A DNA stretch of 64,000 nucleotides from an uncultured Actinomycetota bacterium (GCA_963822805.1 CAWGIV010000002.1:43973-107972); one strand, 5' to 3'. Counted from the first letter of the stretch, positions 1 to 11,795 are shown. Translations and numbers: made by a program. Notes: a model not told the origin generated them from the sequence alone.

Positions 1-824
1 AGCCGGGCCAACGGCCGCAGCCCCAGCTCGGCCGCCCGCTGCGGGTGCGTGACGACGCAGACCGCGGCCCCGTCGTTCTGCCCCGACGCGTTGCCCGCCG
101 TCACCGTCGCCTCCGGGTCGGACCGGCCCATGATCGGGCGCAGCCCGGCGAGCACCTCGACGGTCGAGTCGGGACGGATGTGCTCGTCGGCGGTGACCTC
201 GTCCACCGGGACGATCTCGTCGGCGAACCGGCCCGCGTCCCGCGCCGCTGCCGCGCGACGGTGGCTGCGCACGGCGAGCTCGTCCTGCTCGGCGCGGGAG
301 ATGCCGTACTCGCGGCGCAGGTTCTCCGCGGTCTCGATCATCCCGCCGGGCACGGGGAAGTGCGCGCCGCCCGCGGTGACGCGGCCCCGGGCGAGCGCGT
401 CGTGCAGCATCACGCCGGGCCCGCCGCGCACGCCCCAGCGCATCGCCGTCGAGTAGAACGGCGCGTTCGACATCGACTCGGCGCCGCCCGCGAGCACGAC
501 CTCCGACACCCCGGCCTGCACCTGCATCGCCGCGTAGAGGACGGCCTGCAGCCCGGATCCGCAGCGCCGGTCGATCTGCAGCCCGGTCGCCGTCACCGGA
601 AGGCCCGCGTCGAGCGCCACCACGCGGCCGAGCGCGGGCGCCTCCATCGTCGGGTAGCAGTGGCCGAGCAGCACGTCGTCGACGACGGCAGGGTCGAGTC
701 CGGTGCGCGCCAGCAGCGCCCGGACGACGGTGGCAGCCAACTCGTGCGCGGGCACCTTGCGCAGGGCGCCGCCGAAGCCGCCGACCGGGGTCCGCAGCGG
801 CTCACAGACGACCGCGTCACGCAT
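1..824 (-). CDS. acetyl-CoA C-acyltransferase (thiolase), 3' end outside window
   Basis: Manual translation MRDAVVCEPLRTPVGGFGG...QIDRRCGSGLQAV...AGGAESMS gives the thiolase N-terminus and active-site Cys motif. Confidence 0.9.
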   Translation of the reverse strand, partial: MRDAVVCEPLRTPVGGFGGALRKVPAHELAATVVRALLARTGLDPAVVDDVLLGHCYPTMEAPALGRVVALDAGLPVTATGLQIDRRCGSGLQAVLYAAMQVQAGVSEVVLAGGAESMSNAPFYSTAMRWGVRGGPGVMLHDALARGRVTAGGAHFPVPGGMIETAENLRREYGISRAEQDELAVRSHRRAAAARDAGRFADEIVPVDEVTADEHIRPDSTVEVLAGLRPIMGRSDPEATVTAGNASGQNDGAAVCVVTHPQRAAELGLRPLAR

Positions 825-1272
825 ATTGCCGCGTGATCCACTCCGCGACCAGCGCGGGGCGCTCCGATCCCTCGATCTCGACGGTCACCCGGCTCGTCAC
901 CTGCACGGCCCCGCCCTTGGCGGCGGCCACGTCGACCAGGTCGACCACGCCCCGGACCTTGCTGCCGACCGGTACGGGCGCGGTGAACCGCACCTTGTTG
1001 AGCCCGTAGTTGACGCCCATCTTGACCCCGTCGACGCGGTAGACCTGCGCGAGCAGGTGCGGGAGCAGCGAGAGCGTGAGGAAGCCGTGCGCGATCGTGG
1101 TGCCGAACGGGCCTGCCTCGGCCTTCTCCGGGTCGACGTGGATCCACTGGTGGTCCTCGGTGGCGTCGGCGAAGGTGTCCACCCGCGACTGCTCGACCGT
1201 CATCCAGTCGCTCGCGCCGACCTGGCTGCCCGCTGCGGCGCGCAGCTCGTCCACCCCGTTGAAGACCCTCAT
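817..1272 (-). CDS. MaoC-family (R)-hydratase/dehydratase
   Basis: FADATEDHQWIHVDPE..FGTTIAHG hydratase motif; this is the C-terminal part of ORF 817..2007. Confidence 0.9.
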   Translation of the reverse strand: MRVFNGVDELRAAAGSQVGASDWMTVEQSRVDTFADATEDHQWIHVDPEKAEAGPFGTTIAHGFLTLSLLPHLLAQVYRVDGVKMGVNYGLNKVRFTAPVPVGSKVRGVVDLVDVAAAKGGAVQVTSRVTVEIEGSERPALVAEWITRQYA

Positions 1273-2174
1273 GTTTCCTCCAGTTGCCGGATGCCCCAGC
1301 TGCCCGACCACGTTTCGTCCGGGGCAAGGGTGATGAGCCCGTCGCCGGAGTTCAGCGCGTCCGGCGGGCACGTCATCGGCTCGACGGCCACGGCGCGGCC
1401 CCGGCCGACCAGCTCGGCCGGGGTGAACACCTGCACGTAGCCGAACACGGGCTCGGCCCACAGCTCGGTGGCGCCGTCCGGGGCGGCGAGGCGGTGGCGG
1501 ACGTGGGTGTCGCCGTCGGCGGGCGCGGCGGCGACGAAGGCGTGGTCGAGGTCGAGCTCCTTGACGGGACGGCCGCCGCGGAGGTCGAGCGCGGCGGGCA
1601 CGGTCGTGGCGGGGCCGGTGGGCAGGCCGCGGTCGAGGGGGATCGAGGTGGCCGCGGCGACGGTGAGCACGCAGTCGTCGATGAGTGTGTCGCCCGCGCG
1701 CAGGTAGGGGTGCGCGCCGACGCCGAACGGGACCGGCGCGGGGCCCACGTTGCGCACGGTATGGGTGACGGTGAGGCCGTCCCCGTGCACGGCGAAGCGG
1801 ATGGACGTGTCGAGCGCGACCGGCCAACCCGGCTGCGGCGGGACGACGGCGTGCAGGGTGACGGCGTCGGCCGAGCGTTCGCCGACCCGGTAGAGGACGT
1901 GGCGCAGCAGCCCGTGGATGGCGTTGCCCGCGGCGGGCTCGGTGAGCGCGAGCTGCTGGACGGCGCCGTTCCAGCGCCACCGCCCGTGCGCGGTGCGGTT
2001 GGGCCACGGCACGAGCATCCCGCCCATCCCGAGGGACGGGCGGGCGTCCTCGGGGAACGTCTCGACCAGGTGGCGATCGCCGTGGGTCAACGCCCGCAGC
2101 CCGGCGCCCACCTCCGTGACGACCGCGCGGACGTCCCCCGAAACGATCTCGTACTGCGCACCGGTGGGAAGCAC
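1269..2174 (-). CDS. aldose 1-epimerase family protein
   Basis: PWPNR, NAIHG, GAHPY, LDH, AVEPMT motifs. Confidence 0.9.
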   Translation of the reverse strand: MLPTGAQYEIVSGDVRAVVTEVGAGLRALTHGDRHLVETFPEDARPSLGMGGMLVPWPNRTAHGRWRWNGAVQQLALTEPAAGNAIHGLLRHVLYRVGERSADAVTLHAVVPPQPGWPVALDTSIRFAVHGDGLTVTHTVRNVGPAPVPFGVGAHPYLRAGDTLIDDCVLTVAAATSIPLDRGLPTGPATTVPAALDLRGGRPVKELDLDHAFVAAAPADGDTHVRHRLAAPDGATELWAEPVFGYVQVFTPAELVGRGRAVAVEPMTCPPDALNSGDGLITLAPDETWSGSWGIRQLEET

Positions 2175-2273
2175 GAATGCACCCTACGGCGCACCGGCGG
2201 GCGGCGGCGAGGTTCGGTGTGATCGTCCGCCCACCGGCACTCGTCGGCCATCCGCAGCGCCTACCGTGAGACG

Positions 2274-3062
2274 GTGGCCTCCTCCCGACGTCTCCGCGCC
2301 CTGATCACCAACGACGACGGCCTCGCCTCCCCCGGGCTGCACACGCTCGCCGCGCTCGCCCGCGCCGCCGGGTTCGACGTGGTCGTGGCTGCCCCGCACG
2401 AGGACGCGAGCGGGGTCAGCGCGTCGGTGAAGGCCGTGCGCGCCGCCGACGGGGCCGTGCGGCTGCAGCGCTGCGAGATCCCGGCGCTCCCGGGCGTCGA
2501 GGCGTACGCGGTCGAGGCGCACCCGGCGTTCATCGTGCACGCGTCGGGGCGGGGCTGGCTGGACCCGGCGCCGGACGTCGTGCTGTCGGGGGTGAACTTC
2601 GGCGCCAACGTCGGCCGGTCGGTGCTGCACTCCGGCACCGTGGGCGCCGCGCTCGCCGCGAGCCTGCACGGCTGGCGGGCGCTGGCCGTCTCGCTCGACT
2701 CCGGCTGGGAGATCCCCGAGCATCCGCACTGGGACGCCGTCGCGCACGTGCTGCCGCAGGTGCTGGACGTGCTGCTGGCCGCGGACGAGGGCACCGTGCT
2801 GTCGGTGAACGTCCCCGACCGGCCCGTCGCCGAGTTGGGCGCGCTGCGTGAGGCGAGGCTCTCGGCGTTCGGCATGGCGACGATCACCGTGCGGCACCAC
2901 GACGAGGTCGACGCCTCCGTGCTGCGCGCCACCGCCGCGGACCTGACGGGCGAGCCCGACCCGGAGTCCGACGTCGCGCTGCTCGCCGCGGGCCACCCGA
3001 CGGTGACGCGCTTGACGTCGGTGGCTGCTCACCCGGGGGTGCTTCAGGTGGCCGGTGTGTGA
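2274..3062 (+). CDS. surE: 5'/3'-nucleotidase SurE
   Basis: LITNDDG, SGVNFGAN, HSGTVGAA motifs. Confidence 0.9.
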   Translation: MASSRRLRALITNDDGLASPGLHTLAALARAAGFDVVVAAPHEDASGVSASVKAVRAADGAVRLQRCEIPALPGVEAYAVEAHPAFIVHASGRGWLDPAPDVVLSGVNFGANVGRSVLHSGTVGAALAASLHGWRALAVSLDSGWEIPEHPHWDAVAHVLPQVLDVLLAADEGTVLSVNVPDRPVAELGALREARLSAFGMATITVRHHDEVDASVLRATAADLTGEPDPESDVALLAAGHPTVTRLTSVAAHPGVLQVAGV

Positions 3063-3072
3063 CCCCCGCGGG

Positions 3073-3462
3073 TCAGTGGATGTCCGTCCCGGTCAGCAGC
3101 TCCTCCATCCGGTCGGCCACGTTCACCACCAGCCGGAACGGGCGCTCGAAGCCGTCGAGCGCGGTGTCCCCGAGCGGAATGGCGTGCCGGAACAGCACGA
3201 GGTTGTCCGCACTCACGACGCCGCCGGTGACGGCCTCGCCCGCGAGCGCGAGGCATTGGACGAGGTCGAGCTTCTCCACATAGCCGACCGCGGACGTGAT
3301 CTGCGCCCACGGGTGCCCGTCCTCCCCGGTGACCTGCCGGACCGCGACCCGCTGGTGGCGCTCCCCGGTGGTCGGGAGGTCGAACCACAGCTCGTCCTCG
3401 GCCTGCCGCATGATCTCGTAGCGCACGCGCACATAGGAGACGAGCTCGTCCCAGGTAGCCAC
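3073..3462 (-). CDS. hypothetical protein, YbjN/T3SS-chaperone-like fold
   Basis: 129 aa MATWDELVSYVR...ADRMEELLTGTD with high-GC3 codon use; C-terminal part of ORF 3073..6363. Confidence 0.65.
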   Translation of the reverse strand: MATWDELVSYVRVRYEIMRQAEDELWFDLPTTGERHQRVAVRQVTGEDGHPWAQITSAVGYVEKLDLVQCLALAGEAVTGGVVSADNLVLFRHAIPLGDTALDGFERPFRLVVNVADRMEELLTGTDIH

Positions 3463-3482
3463 GTGCCGGACCCTACAGGCCC

Positions 3483-4634
<1,152 letters not shown>

Positions 4635-6626
4635 CTACTGCTCCTCGGTGTCGACGATCAGGAGCAGGGCGTCCTTGGCGACGGTCGCGCCCGCCCTGGC
4701 GCGCAGGTCGCGCACCACGCCGTCGACGGGCGCGGTGAGGACGTGCTCCATCTTCATGGCCTCGACGACGACGAGCCGGTCGCCCGCCGTCACGGCCTGG
4801 CCTTCGGCGACCTCCACGACGGTCACCGTGCCGGGCATGGGCGAGCGCACCGGGCCGCCTGCGCCCGTGGCCTCGGCGGCCACGGCGTCGACCGGGCCCT
4901 GCTCGTGGACGGCCCAGGCGTGGCCGTCGCGGCCGAGCCAGAGGATGTCGCCGTCCTTGGCGACGGTGTAGGCGCACGTGATGCCGTCGAGGGTGACCGT
5001 GAGCCGGTCGCCGTCGAGGTGCCCGCCCGTCCGCCGGGGCCGCACGCTCGCCTGAGGGGTGTGCCCCTGCTGCGATCCGGCGGGCCCGCACACCTCCACC
5101 ACGGCGTCCGCGGCCCGGCCCAGGGCGCGCACCTCGACCGGGTCGCGTCCGCCCACCGCCATCCGCCACGTCGTCGCGGCGGGCCCGCCCACCCGCCACC
5201 CGCCGGGCACGTCGAACGGGTCCACCACCGGGCCGTGCGGCTCCAGCTCGGCCAGCGCGTGCACGGCCACCGCCGGGAGGACGTCGGGCGGCACGTCGGC
5301 GGCGCCCAGCGCGTCGACCCGACGCCCGACCAGCCCGGTGTCGAGACGGCCCGCGCGCACGTCCGGGTCGGCGAGCAGCGCGCGCAGGAAGCCGATGTTG
5401 GTGTCCACCCCGAGCAGGACCGTCTCGCCGAGCGCGACGTCGAGCAGGCGCAGGGCCTCGTCCCGGTCGCGGCCCCAGGCGACCACCTTGGCGAGCATCG
5501 GGTCGTAGTCGCTGCCCACGACCCCGCCCTCGGCGACGCCCGCGTCCACCCGCGCGTCCCGGGGCCAGCGCAGCCGCAGGATCCGGCCACCGGTCGGGAG
5601 GAAGCCCGCCGCCGGGTCCTCCGCGTAGATCCGCGCCTCGATGGCGTGGCCGCGCGGCGGTGTGCCGCGCCACGGCGCCCGCTCGCCCGCCGCGACCCGC
5701 AGCTGCGTCTCGACGAGGTCGGTCCGGTAGATCTCCTCGGTGACCGGGTGCTCCACCTGCAGCCGGGTGTTCATCTCCATGAAGAACCACTGGTCGGGCG
5801 CGTTGCCGTCGACGATGAACTCGACCGTCCCCGCCCCGGCGTAGCCCACCGCGCGCGCCGCCTCGACGGCCGCGGCCCCCATGGCCGCGCGCTGGGCCTC
5901 GGTGAGCAGCGGCGACGGCGCCTCCTCGATGATCTTCTGGTGGCGCCGTTGCAGCGAGCACTCGCGCTCGCCGAGATGGATCACGTTGCCGTGGGTGTCG
6001 GCCATGACCTGGATCTCGATGTGCCGCGGGTTCGTGACCAGGCGTTCGACGAGCAGGGTGTCGTCGCCGAAGCTGCCGCGGGCCTCCCGGCGGGCCGAGG
6101 CGATGGCGTCCGCGAGGTCCTCGACCCGGTGCACCTCCCGCATGCCCTTGCCGCCGCCGCCCGCCGACGGCTTGAGCAGCACCGGGTAGCCGACCTGCTC
6201 GACGGCCAGCGCGAGCGCGGCGTCGTCGAGGCCCGCCCCGTCCGAGCCGGGGACGACGGGCACGCCCGCCTTCGCCACCGTCTGCTTCGCCCGGATCTTG
6301 TCGCCCATCGCCTCGATCGCCGACGACGGCGGCCCGACGAACACGATCCCCGCCTCCTCGCACGCGGCGGCGAACGCGGTGTTCTCGGAGAGGAAGCCGT
6401 AGCCGGGGTGGATCGCCTGCGCGCCGGTGGCCCGGGCCGCGGCGATGACGGCCGGGATCGCGAGGTAGCTCTCGATCGGGACGGCGACGTCGGCGAGACC
6501 GACGTGCGGCGCGTCGGCGTCGGCGGCGGAGAACACGGCGACCGCGCGGATCCCCATGCGCCGCAACGTCCGGATCACCCGGCAGGCGATCTCGCCGCGG
6601 TTGGCGACGAGCACGGTGTCAAACAC
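4635..6626 (-). CDS. accA1: acyl-CoA (methylcrotonyl-CoA) carboxylase alpha subunit, biotin carboxylase plus biotinyl domain
   Basis: ANRGEIA, GGGGKGM, EMNTRLQVEHPVTE, EAMKM; GTG start chosen at 6626. Confidence 0.92.
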   Translation of the reverse strand: MFDTVLVANRGEIACRVIRTLRRMGIRAVAVFSAADADAPHVGLADVAVPIESYLAIPAVIAAARATGAQAIHPGYGFLSENTAFAAACEEAGIVFVGPPSSAIEAMGDKIRAKQTVAKAGVPVVPGSDGAGLDDAALALAVEQVGYPVLLKPSAGGGGKGMREVHRVEDLADAIASARREARGSFGDDTLLVERLVTNPRHIEIQVMADTHGNVIHLGERECSLQRRHQKIIEEAPSPLLTEAQRAAMGAAAVEAARAVGYAGAGTVEFIVDGNAPDQWFFMEMNTRLQVEHPVTEEIYRTDLVETQLRVAAGERAPWRGTPPRGHAIEARIYAEDPAAGFLPTGGRILRLRWPRDARVDAGVAEGGVVGSDYDPMLAKVVAWGRDRDEALRLLDVALGETVLLGVDTNIGFLRALLADPDVRAGRLDTGLVGRRVDALGAADVPPDVLPAVAVHALAELEPHGPVVDPFDVPGGWRVGGPAATTWRMAVGGRDPVEVRALGRAADAVVEVCGPAGSQQGHTPQASVRPRRTGGHLDGDRLTVTLDGITCAYTVAKDGDILWLGRDGHAWAVHEQGPVDAVAAEATGAGGPVRSPMPGTVTVVEVAEGQAVTAGDRLVVVEAMKMEHVLTAPVDGVVRDLRARAGATVAKDALLLIVDTEEQ

Positions 6627-6743
6627 AGAGGCCTCCTGACCGGCTGCAGAGGGCACGGGCCGTGATCACCGGAATGGGGACATGAGCGCCATATGTGGCC
6701 GTCAGGTCCCGTATTCGACGATCAACGCTGGGTCGGGGCATGC

Positions 6744-8282
6744 TCACATCCGGAAGACGCCAAAGGCCGGGGCGCCCAGCGGGGCGTTCGCGGCGGCGGA
6801 CAGGGCCAGGCCGAGGACGGTGCGCGTGTCCTTCGGGTCGATCACGCCGTCGTCCCACAGCCGGGCGGTGGAGTAGTAGGGGTTGCCCTGGCGCTCGTAC
6901 TGCGCGCGGATCGCGTCGGCGTCGGCCCCCGAGCCCACCGTGCCGAGCACCGTGGCCGCCTGATCGCCGCCCATCACCGAGATGCGGGCGTTGGGCCACA
7001 TGAACAGGAACCGCGGCGAGTACGCGCGCCCGCACATCGCGTAGTTCCCGGCGCCGAACGACCCGCCGATGATCACCGTGAGCTTGGGGACGCGGGTGGA
7101 GGCCACCGCCGTCACCATCTTGGCGCCGTGCTTCGCGATGCCGCCCGCCTCGTACTCGCGGCCCACCATGAAGCCGGTGATGTTCTGCAGGAACACCAGC
7201 GGGATGCCGCGCTGGTCGCACAGCTCGATGAAGTGTGCCCCCTTGAGCGCCGACTCGGAGAACAGGATCCCGTTGTTCGCGATGATCCCCACCGGGTGGC
7301 CGTGGATGTGCGCGAACGCCGTGACGAGCGTGGTGGCGTACTCGGCCTTGAACTCGTGCATGCGGGAGCCGTCGACGATCCGGGTGATCACCTCGCGGAC
7401 GTCGTACGGGGTGCGGGAGTCGACCGGCACGACGTCGTAGAGCCCGTCCGGGTCGGCCAGCGGGGGTTGCGTGGGCCGGACGTCCCAGGGCCGGGGCGCG
7501 CGCGGGCCGAGGGTGGCGACGATGTCGCGGACGATGTGCAGGGCGTGGGCGTCGTCGTCGGCCAGGTGGTCGGTGACGCCGGAGACGCGCGAGTGCAGGT
7601 CGCCGCCGCCGAGCTCCTCCGCGGTGACGACCTCGCCGGTCGCCGCCTTCACCAGCGGCGGGCCGCCGAGGAAGATCGTGCCCTGGTTGCGGACGATCAC
7701 GGCCTCGTCGCTCATCGCGGGCACGTACGCGCCGCCCGCGGTGCACGAGCCGAGCACGGCGGCGATCTGGGGGATGCCGAGGCCGGACATCGTGGCCTGG
7801 TTGTAGAAGATGCGGCCGAAGTGCTCGCGGTCGGGGAACACCTCGTCCTGGGCGGGGAGGTAGGCGCCGCCGGAGTCGACGAGGTAGATGCACGGCAGCC
7901 GGTTCTGCAGGGCCACCTCCTGGGCGCGGAGGTGCTTCTTGACCGTCATGGGGTAGTAGGTGCCGCCCTTGACGGTGGCGTCGTTGGCGACGATCACGCA
8001 CTCGCGGCCCGACACCCTCCCGACCCCGGTGATCATCCCTGCGCCGGGGGCGTCGCCGTCGTAGAGGCCGTGGGCGGCGAGCGGGGAGAGTTCGAGGAAC
8101 GGGCTCGACGGGTCGACCAGCCGGTCGACGCGCTCGCGGGGCAGGAGCTTGCCGCGCTCGACGTGGCGGGCCCTCGCTCGCGGAGAGCCGCCCAGCGCGG
8201 CGACGGCGAGCTTCTCGCGCAGGTCGGCGACCAGGGCCCGGTGGACGTCGGCTCCGGTCGCGGGGGGTGCGGCGGTGACCAT
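6744..8282 (-). CDS. accD1: acyl-CoA (methylcrotonyl-CoA) carboxylase beta subunit, carboxyltransferase
   Basis: [32 protein letters not shown] motifs. Confidence 0.93.
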   Translation of the reverse strand: MVTAAPPATGADVHRALVADLREKLAVAALGGSPRARARHVERGKLLPRERVDRLVDPSSPFLELSPLAAHGLYDGDAPGAGMITGVGRVSGRECVIVANDATVKGGTYYPMTVKKHLRAQEVALQNRLPCIYLVDSGGAYLPAQDEVFPDREHFGRIFYNQATMSGLGIPQIAAVLGSCTAGGAYVPAMSDEAVIVRNQGTIFLGGPPLVKAATGEVVTAEELGGGDLHSRVSGVTDHLADDDAHALHIVRDIVATLGPRAPRPWDVRPTQPPLADPDGLYDVVPVDSRTPYDVREVITRIVDGSRMHEFKAEYATTLVTAFAHIHGHPVGIIANNGILFSESALKGAHFIELCDQRGIPLVFLQNITGFMVGREYEAGGIAKHGAKMVTAVASTRVPKLTVIIGGSFGAGNYAMCGRAYSPRFLFMWPNARISVMGGDQAATVLGTVGSGADADAIRAQYERQGNPYYSTARLWDDGVIDPKDTRTVLGLALSAAANAPLGAPAFGVFRM

Positions 8283-8290
8283 GCGCCGAT

Positions 8291-8306
8291 GTTAATGGTT
8301 GTTAAC
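8291..8306. promoter_or_regulatory. palindromic TetR operator (AccR/BkaR type)
   Basis: GTTAA-TGGTTG-TTAAC lies 8 bp upstream of the accD1 start and matches the GTTAA-N6-TTAAC box described for Streptomyces AccR. Confidence 0.8.
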
Positions 8307-8332
8307 CTGGGCGGCAATGGTCGGCTCGCCTG

Positions 8333-8404
8333 CGTTGTGGTGGCGGCCCGGGTGCTGTGGTGGCGGCCCGGGTGCTGTGGTGGCGGCACCGGCGTTGTGG
8401 TGCG
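8333..8404. repeat. 21-bp tandem repeat, about 3.5 copies
   Basis: unit approx. tgtggtggcggcccgggtgc(t) between accD1 and the response regulator. Confidence 0.75.
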
Positions 8405-8506
8405 GGCACGGGCGTCCGGCCGCCGGTGGGGCAGGACGGGACCGGTGCGGGCCGGACGACGGTGCGGGCCGGACGGGGCCGGTGCGGCGGGCGATAGCGT
8501 GGGGCC

Positions 8507-9181
8507 GTGCGGGTGTTGCTGGTCGAGGACGAGGTGCCGCTGGCCGAGATGGTGCGGCGCGGGCTGGTCGCCGACGGGCACTCGGTCGAGGTCGTGCACG
8601 ACGGGATCCGCGGTCTGGAGGCCGCGTCCGTCGGCGACCACGACGTCGTGGTGCTTGACATCATGCTCCCGGGCCTGTCGGGCTACCGGATCCTGGAGCG
8701 GCTGCGGGCCGCGCAGGTGTGGACACCGGTGCTCATGCTCACGGCCAAGGACGGTGAGTACGACGAGGCCGACGCGTTTGACCTCGGCGCCGACGACTAC
8801 CTGGTCAAGCCGTTCTCGTTCGTGGTCCTGCTGGCCCGGCTGCGGGCGCTGCTGCGGCGGGCCGGGGAGTCGCGGCCCGCTGTGTTGACGGTCGGCGACC
8901 TCTCGCTCGACCCCGCGCGCCACCGCGTCCACCGGGCGGGCACAGAGGTCACGCTGACGCCGCGCGAGTTCGGCGTGCTCGAGTACCTCATGCGGCACGC
9001 GGGCGAGGTGGTGACGAAGACGGACATCCTGCGCGCGGTGTGGGACGCACACTACGAGGGCGAGGTCAACGTCGTGGAGGTCTACGTCGGCTACCTGCGG
9101 CGGAAGATCGACGCCCCGTTCGGGGTGCACAGCATCGAGACCCTGCGCGGGGTGGGCTACCGGATGGTCGAGCCGGGCTGA
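8507..9181 (+). CDS. OmpR-family response regulator
   Basis: LLVEDE, LDIMLP, GADDYLVKPF, ETLRGVGYR. Confidence 0.95.
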   Translation: MRVLLVEDEVPLAEMVRRGLVADGHSVEVVHDGIRGLEAASVGDHDVVVLDIMLPGLSGYRILERLRAAQVWTPVLMLTAKDGEYDEADAFDLGADDYLVKPFSFVVLLARLRALLRRAGESRPAVLTVGDLSLDPARHRVHRAGTEVTLTPREFGVLEYLMRHAGEVVTKTDILRAVWDAHYEGEVNVVEVYVGYLRRKIDAPFGVHSIETLRGVGYRMVEPG

Positions 9182-9224
9182 CCCGGTGGCCGCCGCCCGG
9201 CCACCCCCCGCGTCCCCGCTCGGG

Positions 9225-9291
9225 CATGATCGCCGGTCTGGTGCGAATCCGGCCGGATTTGGCCGCTCAGCGCGCCGAACCGGTGATCTTG
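9225..9291. repeat. 67-bp palindromic REP/MITE-like element, copy 1
   Basis: catgatc...tgcgaatccggccggatttggcc...gccgaaccggtgatc; related copies at 19022, 20046, 59128. Confidence 0.8.
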
Positions 9292-9304
9292 TCCGAGCGG
9301 CGGG

Positions 9305-11155
9305 TCAGCGCCGGGGCGTGGCGGTGGCGTCTGTGCGGCCGGTGGTCGGTGGTGGCGGCTGGGGCGGCACCCAGTCGGCGTACGGGTCGTCCCCCGCGGG
9401 CGCGGGAAGGGGCGCCCGCCGCAGCACCGGCCTGCGGCGGGCGCGGCGGGGTCGGAGCGGGGGTGGGGCGGGCGGCGTTACCGCGTTCGGGGTGGGGTCG
9501 GTTGGGTTGGCTCCGTTGGGTGCAGGCTCGGTTGGGTGGGCGCCGTTGGCCGCGGATGTGGGGGACGCGGCGCCGTTGGCCACGGGTGCGGCGCCGTTGG
9601 TCGCGGGTGTGGGAGACCCGTTCGCGACTCGCGCGGCCGCCGCCCGGGCGAGCGGCGGAACGGCCATGGGCCGGGCGACATCGGCGGGCTGGTCGGCGGG
9701 CTCGCCGTCCTCGTTGACCGGCAGCGCGGCCGCGGGCAGCCGGACCCGGAAGAGCGCGCCGCCGCCCGGGGCGTCCTCGACCCACACCAGCCCGTCGTGC
9801 GCCGCCACCACCTCGGCCACGATCGCCAGCCCGAGGCCCGAGCCGCCGTCGGCGCGGGCGCGGGCGTCGTCGAGGCGCACGAAGCGCTCGAAGACGCGGA
9901 TCCGGTCGGCAGGCGGCAAGCCGGGCCCGTCGTCGGCGACGTCGAGGGCCGCCCGGTCGGCCTCCCGCCCCAGCGTGACGACCACCCGCGAGCGGGCGTG
10001 CCGGTGCGCGTTGTCGACGAGATTGCGCAGCACCCGCACGAGCTGGCTGCGGTCGCCGATCACCCGCACGTGCTCGGCCCGCACCTCGGTGCGCACCTCG
10101 TCGTCATACGGCCGGGCGCGCTCGGCTTCGACGATCTCGTCGAGGTCCACCTCGTCGCGCCGTGGCTGCAGGCCGCGCTCGTCGGCGCGGGCGAGCAGCA
10201 GGAGGTCGTCCACCAGCCGTCCGAGCCGCTGGGTCTCCCCGCGCAGCGTCCGAACCGTGCCCGGATCGCTGTCCTGCAGCAGCTCCAGGCCCGCGCCGAT
10301 GGTGGCGAGCGGGCTGCGCAGCTCGTGGCTGGCGTCGGCGACGAACCGCCGCTGCACCTTCTGCGCGTGCTCCAGCCGCGCGATCATCCCGTTCATGGTC
10401 TCGGCGAGGCGGCCGACCTCGTCGCGCGCGGCGGGCACCGGCACCCGCTCGGCGAGGTCCTTCTCGCTCATCGACGCCACGCGCGCACGGATCGCCTCGA
10501 CCGGCCGCAGCGCTCGTCCGGCGAAGACGTAGGTGGCCGCGCCCGCGACGACGATGAGGATCGGCACCCCGATCATCAGGTAGAACATGACCGTGTCCTG
10601 CGCGGCGTCGACGGCGGCCAGCGGCGCCGCGTAGAGCACGACGAAGTGCATCTGGTCGGACGTGGTCGTGGTGCCGCCGACCCCGACGAGCACGGCGTGC
10701 ACCGTGCCGCCCTCGTCCGGCACGAACACCGAGGACACCACCTGGGTCTGGCGGGCGGCGGGCGTGATGTCGCTCATCGGGCCGAGAGCGGCGTTGTCGG
10801 AGCCTTCCTGCACGGCCCACCCGCTTCCGTCCTGGTCGTCGGAGTAGTCGACCAGGATCTGCGCCAGCGCCGGATCGCCTTTGCCCATCAGCGTGTCGAG
10901 CGTCTCGACGGCGTTCTCCTTCGCCGTGAAGCTGCCGTTGACGCGCTTGCCGTAGTTGCCGTGCATCCGCTGGGCGATCGCCTGCGCATTTTGCACCGCG
11001 GAGGCCTCGACGGACCGCGAAAGCGACTCCCCCACCAGCAGAATCAATGCGACACCGGCCACCACCAGCGCCAGCGCGACCACGGCCGCTGCGGACAGCG
11101 CGGAGGCGACCCGCACCCCGGCGCGGGCCCGCAGCCACCGCGGGGCCAGTGTCAT
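9305..11155 (-). CDS. HAMP sensor histidine kinase with Pro/Ala-rich repeat tail
   Basis: Two TM segments, ADASHELRSPL H-box, NLVDNA, DDGPG, GSGLGL; ATG at 11155. Confidence 0.92.
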   Translation of the reverse strand: MTLAPRWLRARAGVRVASALSAAAVVALALVVAGVALILLVGESLSRSVEASAVQNAQAIAQRMHGNYGKRVNGSFTAKENAVETLDTLMGKGDPALAQILVDYSDDQDGSGWAVQEGSDNAALGPMSDITPAARQTQVVSSVFVPDEGGTVHAVLVGVGGTTTTSDQMHFVVLYAAPLAAVDAAQDTVMFYLMIGVPILIVVAGAATYVFAGRALRPVEAIRARVASMSEKDLAERVPVPAARDEVGRLAETMNGMIARLEHAQKVQRRFVADASHELRSPLATIGAGLELLQDSDPGTVRTLRGETQRLGRLVDDLLLLARADERGLQPRRDEVDLDEIVEAERARPYDDEVRTEVRAEHVRVIGDRSQLVRVLRNLVDNAHRHARSRVVVTLGREADRAALDVADDGPGLPPADRIRVFERFVRLDDARARADGGSGLGLAIVAEVVAAHDGLVWVEDAPGGGALFRVRLPAAALPVNEDGEPADQPADVARPMAVPPLARAAAARVANGSPTPATNGAAPVANGAASPTSAANGAHPTEPAPNGANPTDPTPNAVTPPAPPPLRPRRARRRPVLRRAPLPAPAGDDPYADWVPPQPPPPTTGRTDATATPRR

Positions 11156-11216
11156 GCGACCAGAGTAACGACGCCGGACTGTGGCGGCGCTGAGCGAACC
11201 GCGGCAGTCTGTGCAG

Positions 11217-11792
11217 ATGGCGACGCCCACGGTCCGGCCCGGCTCGGGCAGGCGTGCGCAGATTCTCACCGTCGCCGCGGAGCTCTTCGCCAGACACGGC
11301 TTCCACGGGGTGAGCATCGCCGACCTCGGGGCGGCGGTCGGGGTGAGCGGGCCCGCGCTGTACCGGCACTTCGAGGGCAAGGAGGCGCTGCTCGCCGAGA
11401 TGCTGGTCGGCATCAGCGAGCACCTGCTGGCGGGCGGGCAGCAGCGCGCGGCCGCGGGCGGCGACCCGCGGGAGGTGCTCGTCGCGCTCGTCGAGTTCCA
11501 AGCCGACTTCGCGCTGCACGAGCCCGAGCTGATCGTCGTCCAGGATCGCGACCTCGCCAACCTCCCCGACGGCGCGCGGCACACGGTGCGCCAACTGCAG
11601 CGCCGCTACGTCGAGATCTGGGTGGACACGCTGCGCAGGGTGCACCCCGGGTTGTCGGAGGAGGCGGCGCGGGTCGCGGCGCACGGCGCCTTCGGCCTGT
11701 TGAACTCCACGCCGCACACCGGCCGTGGCCCCGAGGCCGTCACGCTGCTGCGCCGAATGGCCCTCACCGCGCTCCTGGAGCTCGGCGGCTGA
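11217..11792 (+). CDS. TetR-family regulator (AccR/BkaR-like)
   Basis: HTH ARHGFHGVSIADLGAAVGVSGPALYRHF and AFGLLNSTPH C-terminus; near the acc operon. Confidence 0.88.
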   Translation: MATPTVRPGSGRRAQILTVAAELFARHGFHGVSIADLGAAVGVSGPALYRHFEGKEALLAEMLVGISEHLLAGGQQRAAAGGDPREVLVALVEFQADFALHEPELIVVQDRDLANLPDGARHTVRQLQRRYVEIWVDTLRRVHPGLSEEAARVAAHGAFGLLNSTPHTGRGPEAVTLLRRMALTALLELGG

Positions 11793-11795
11793 CGC

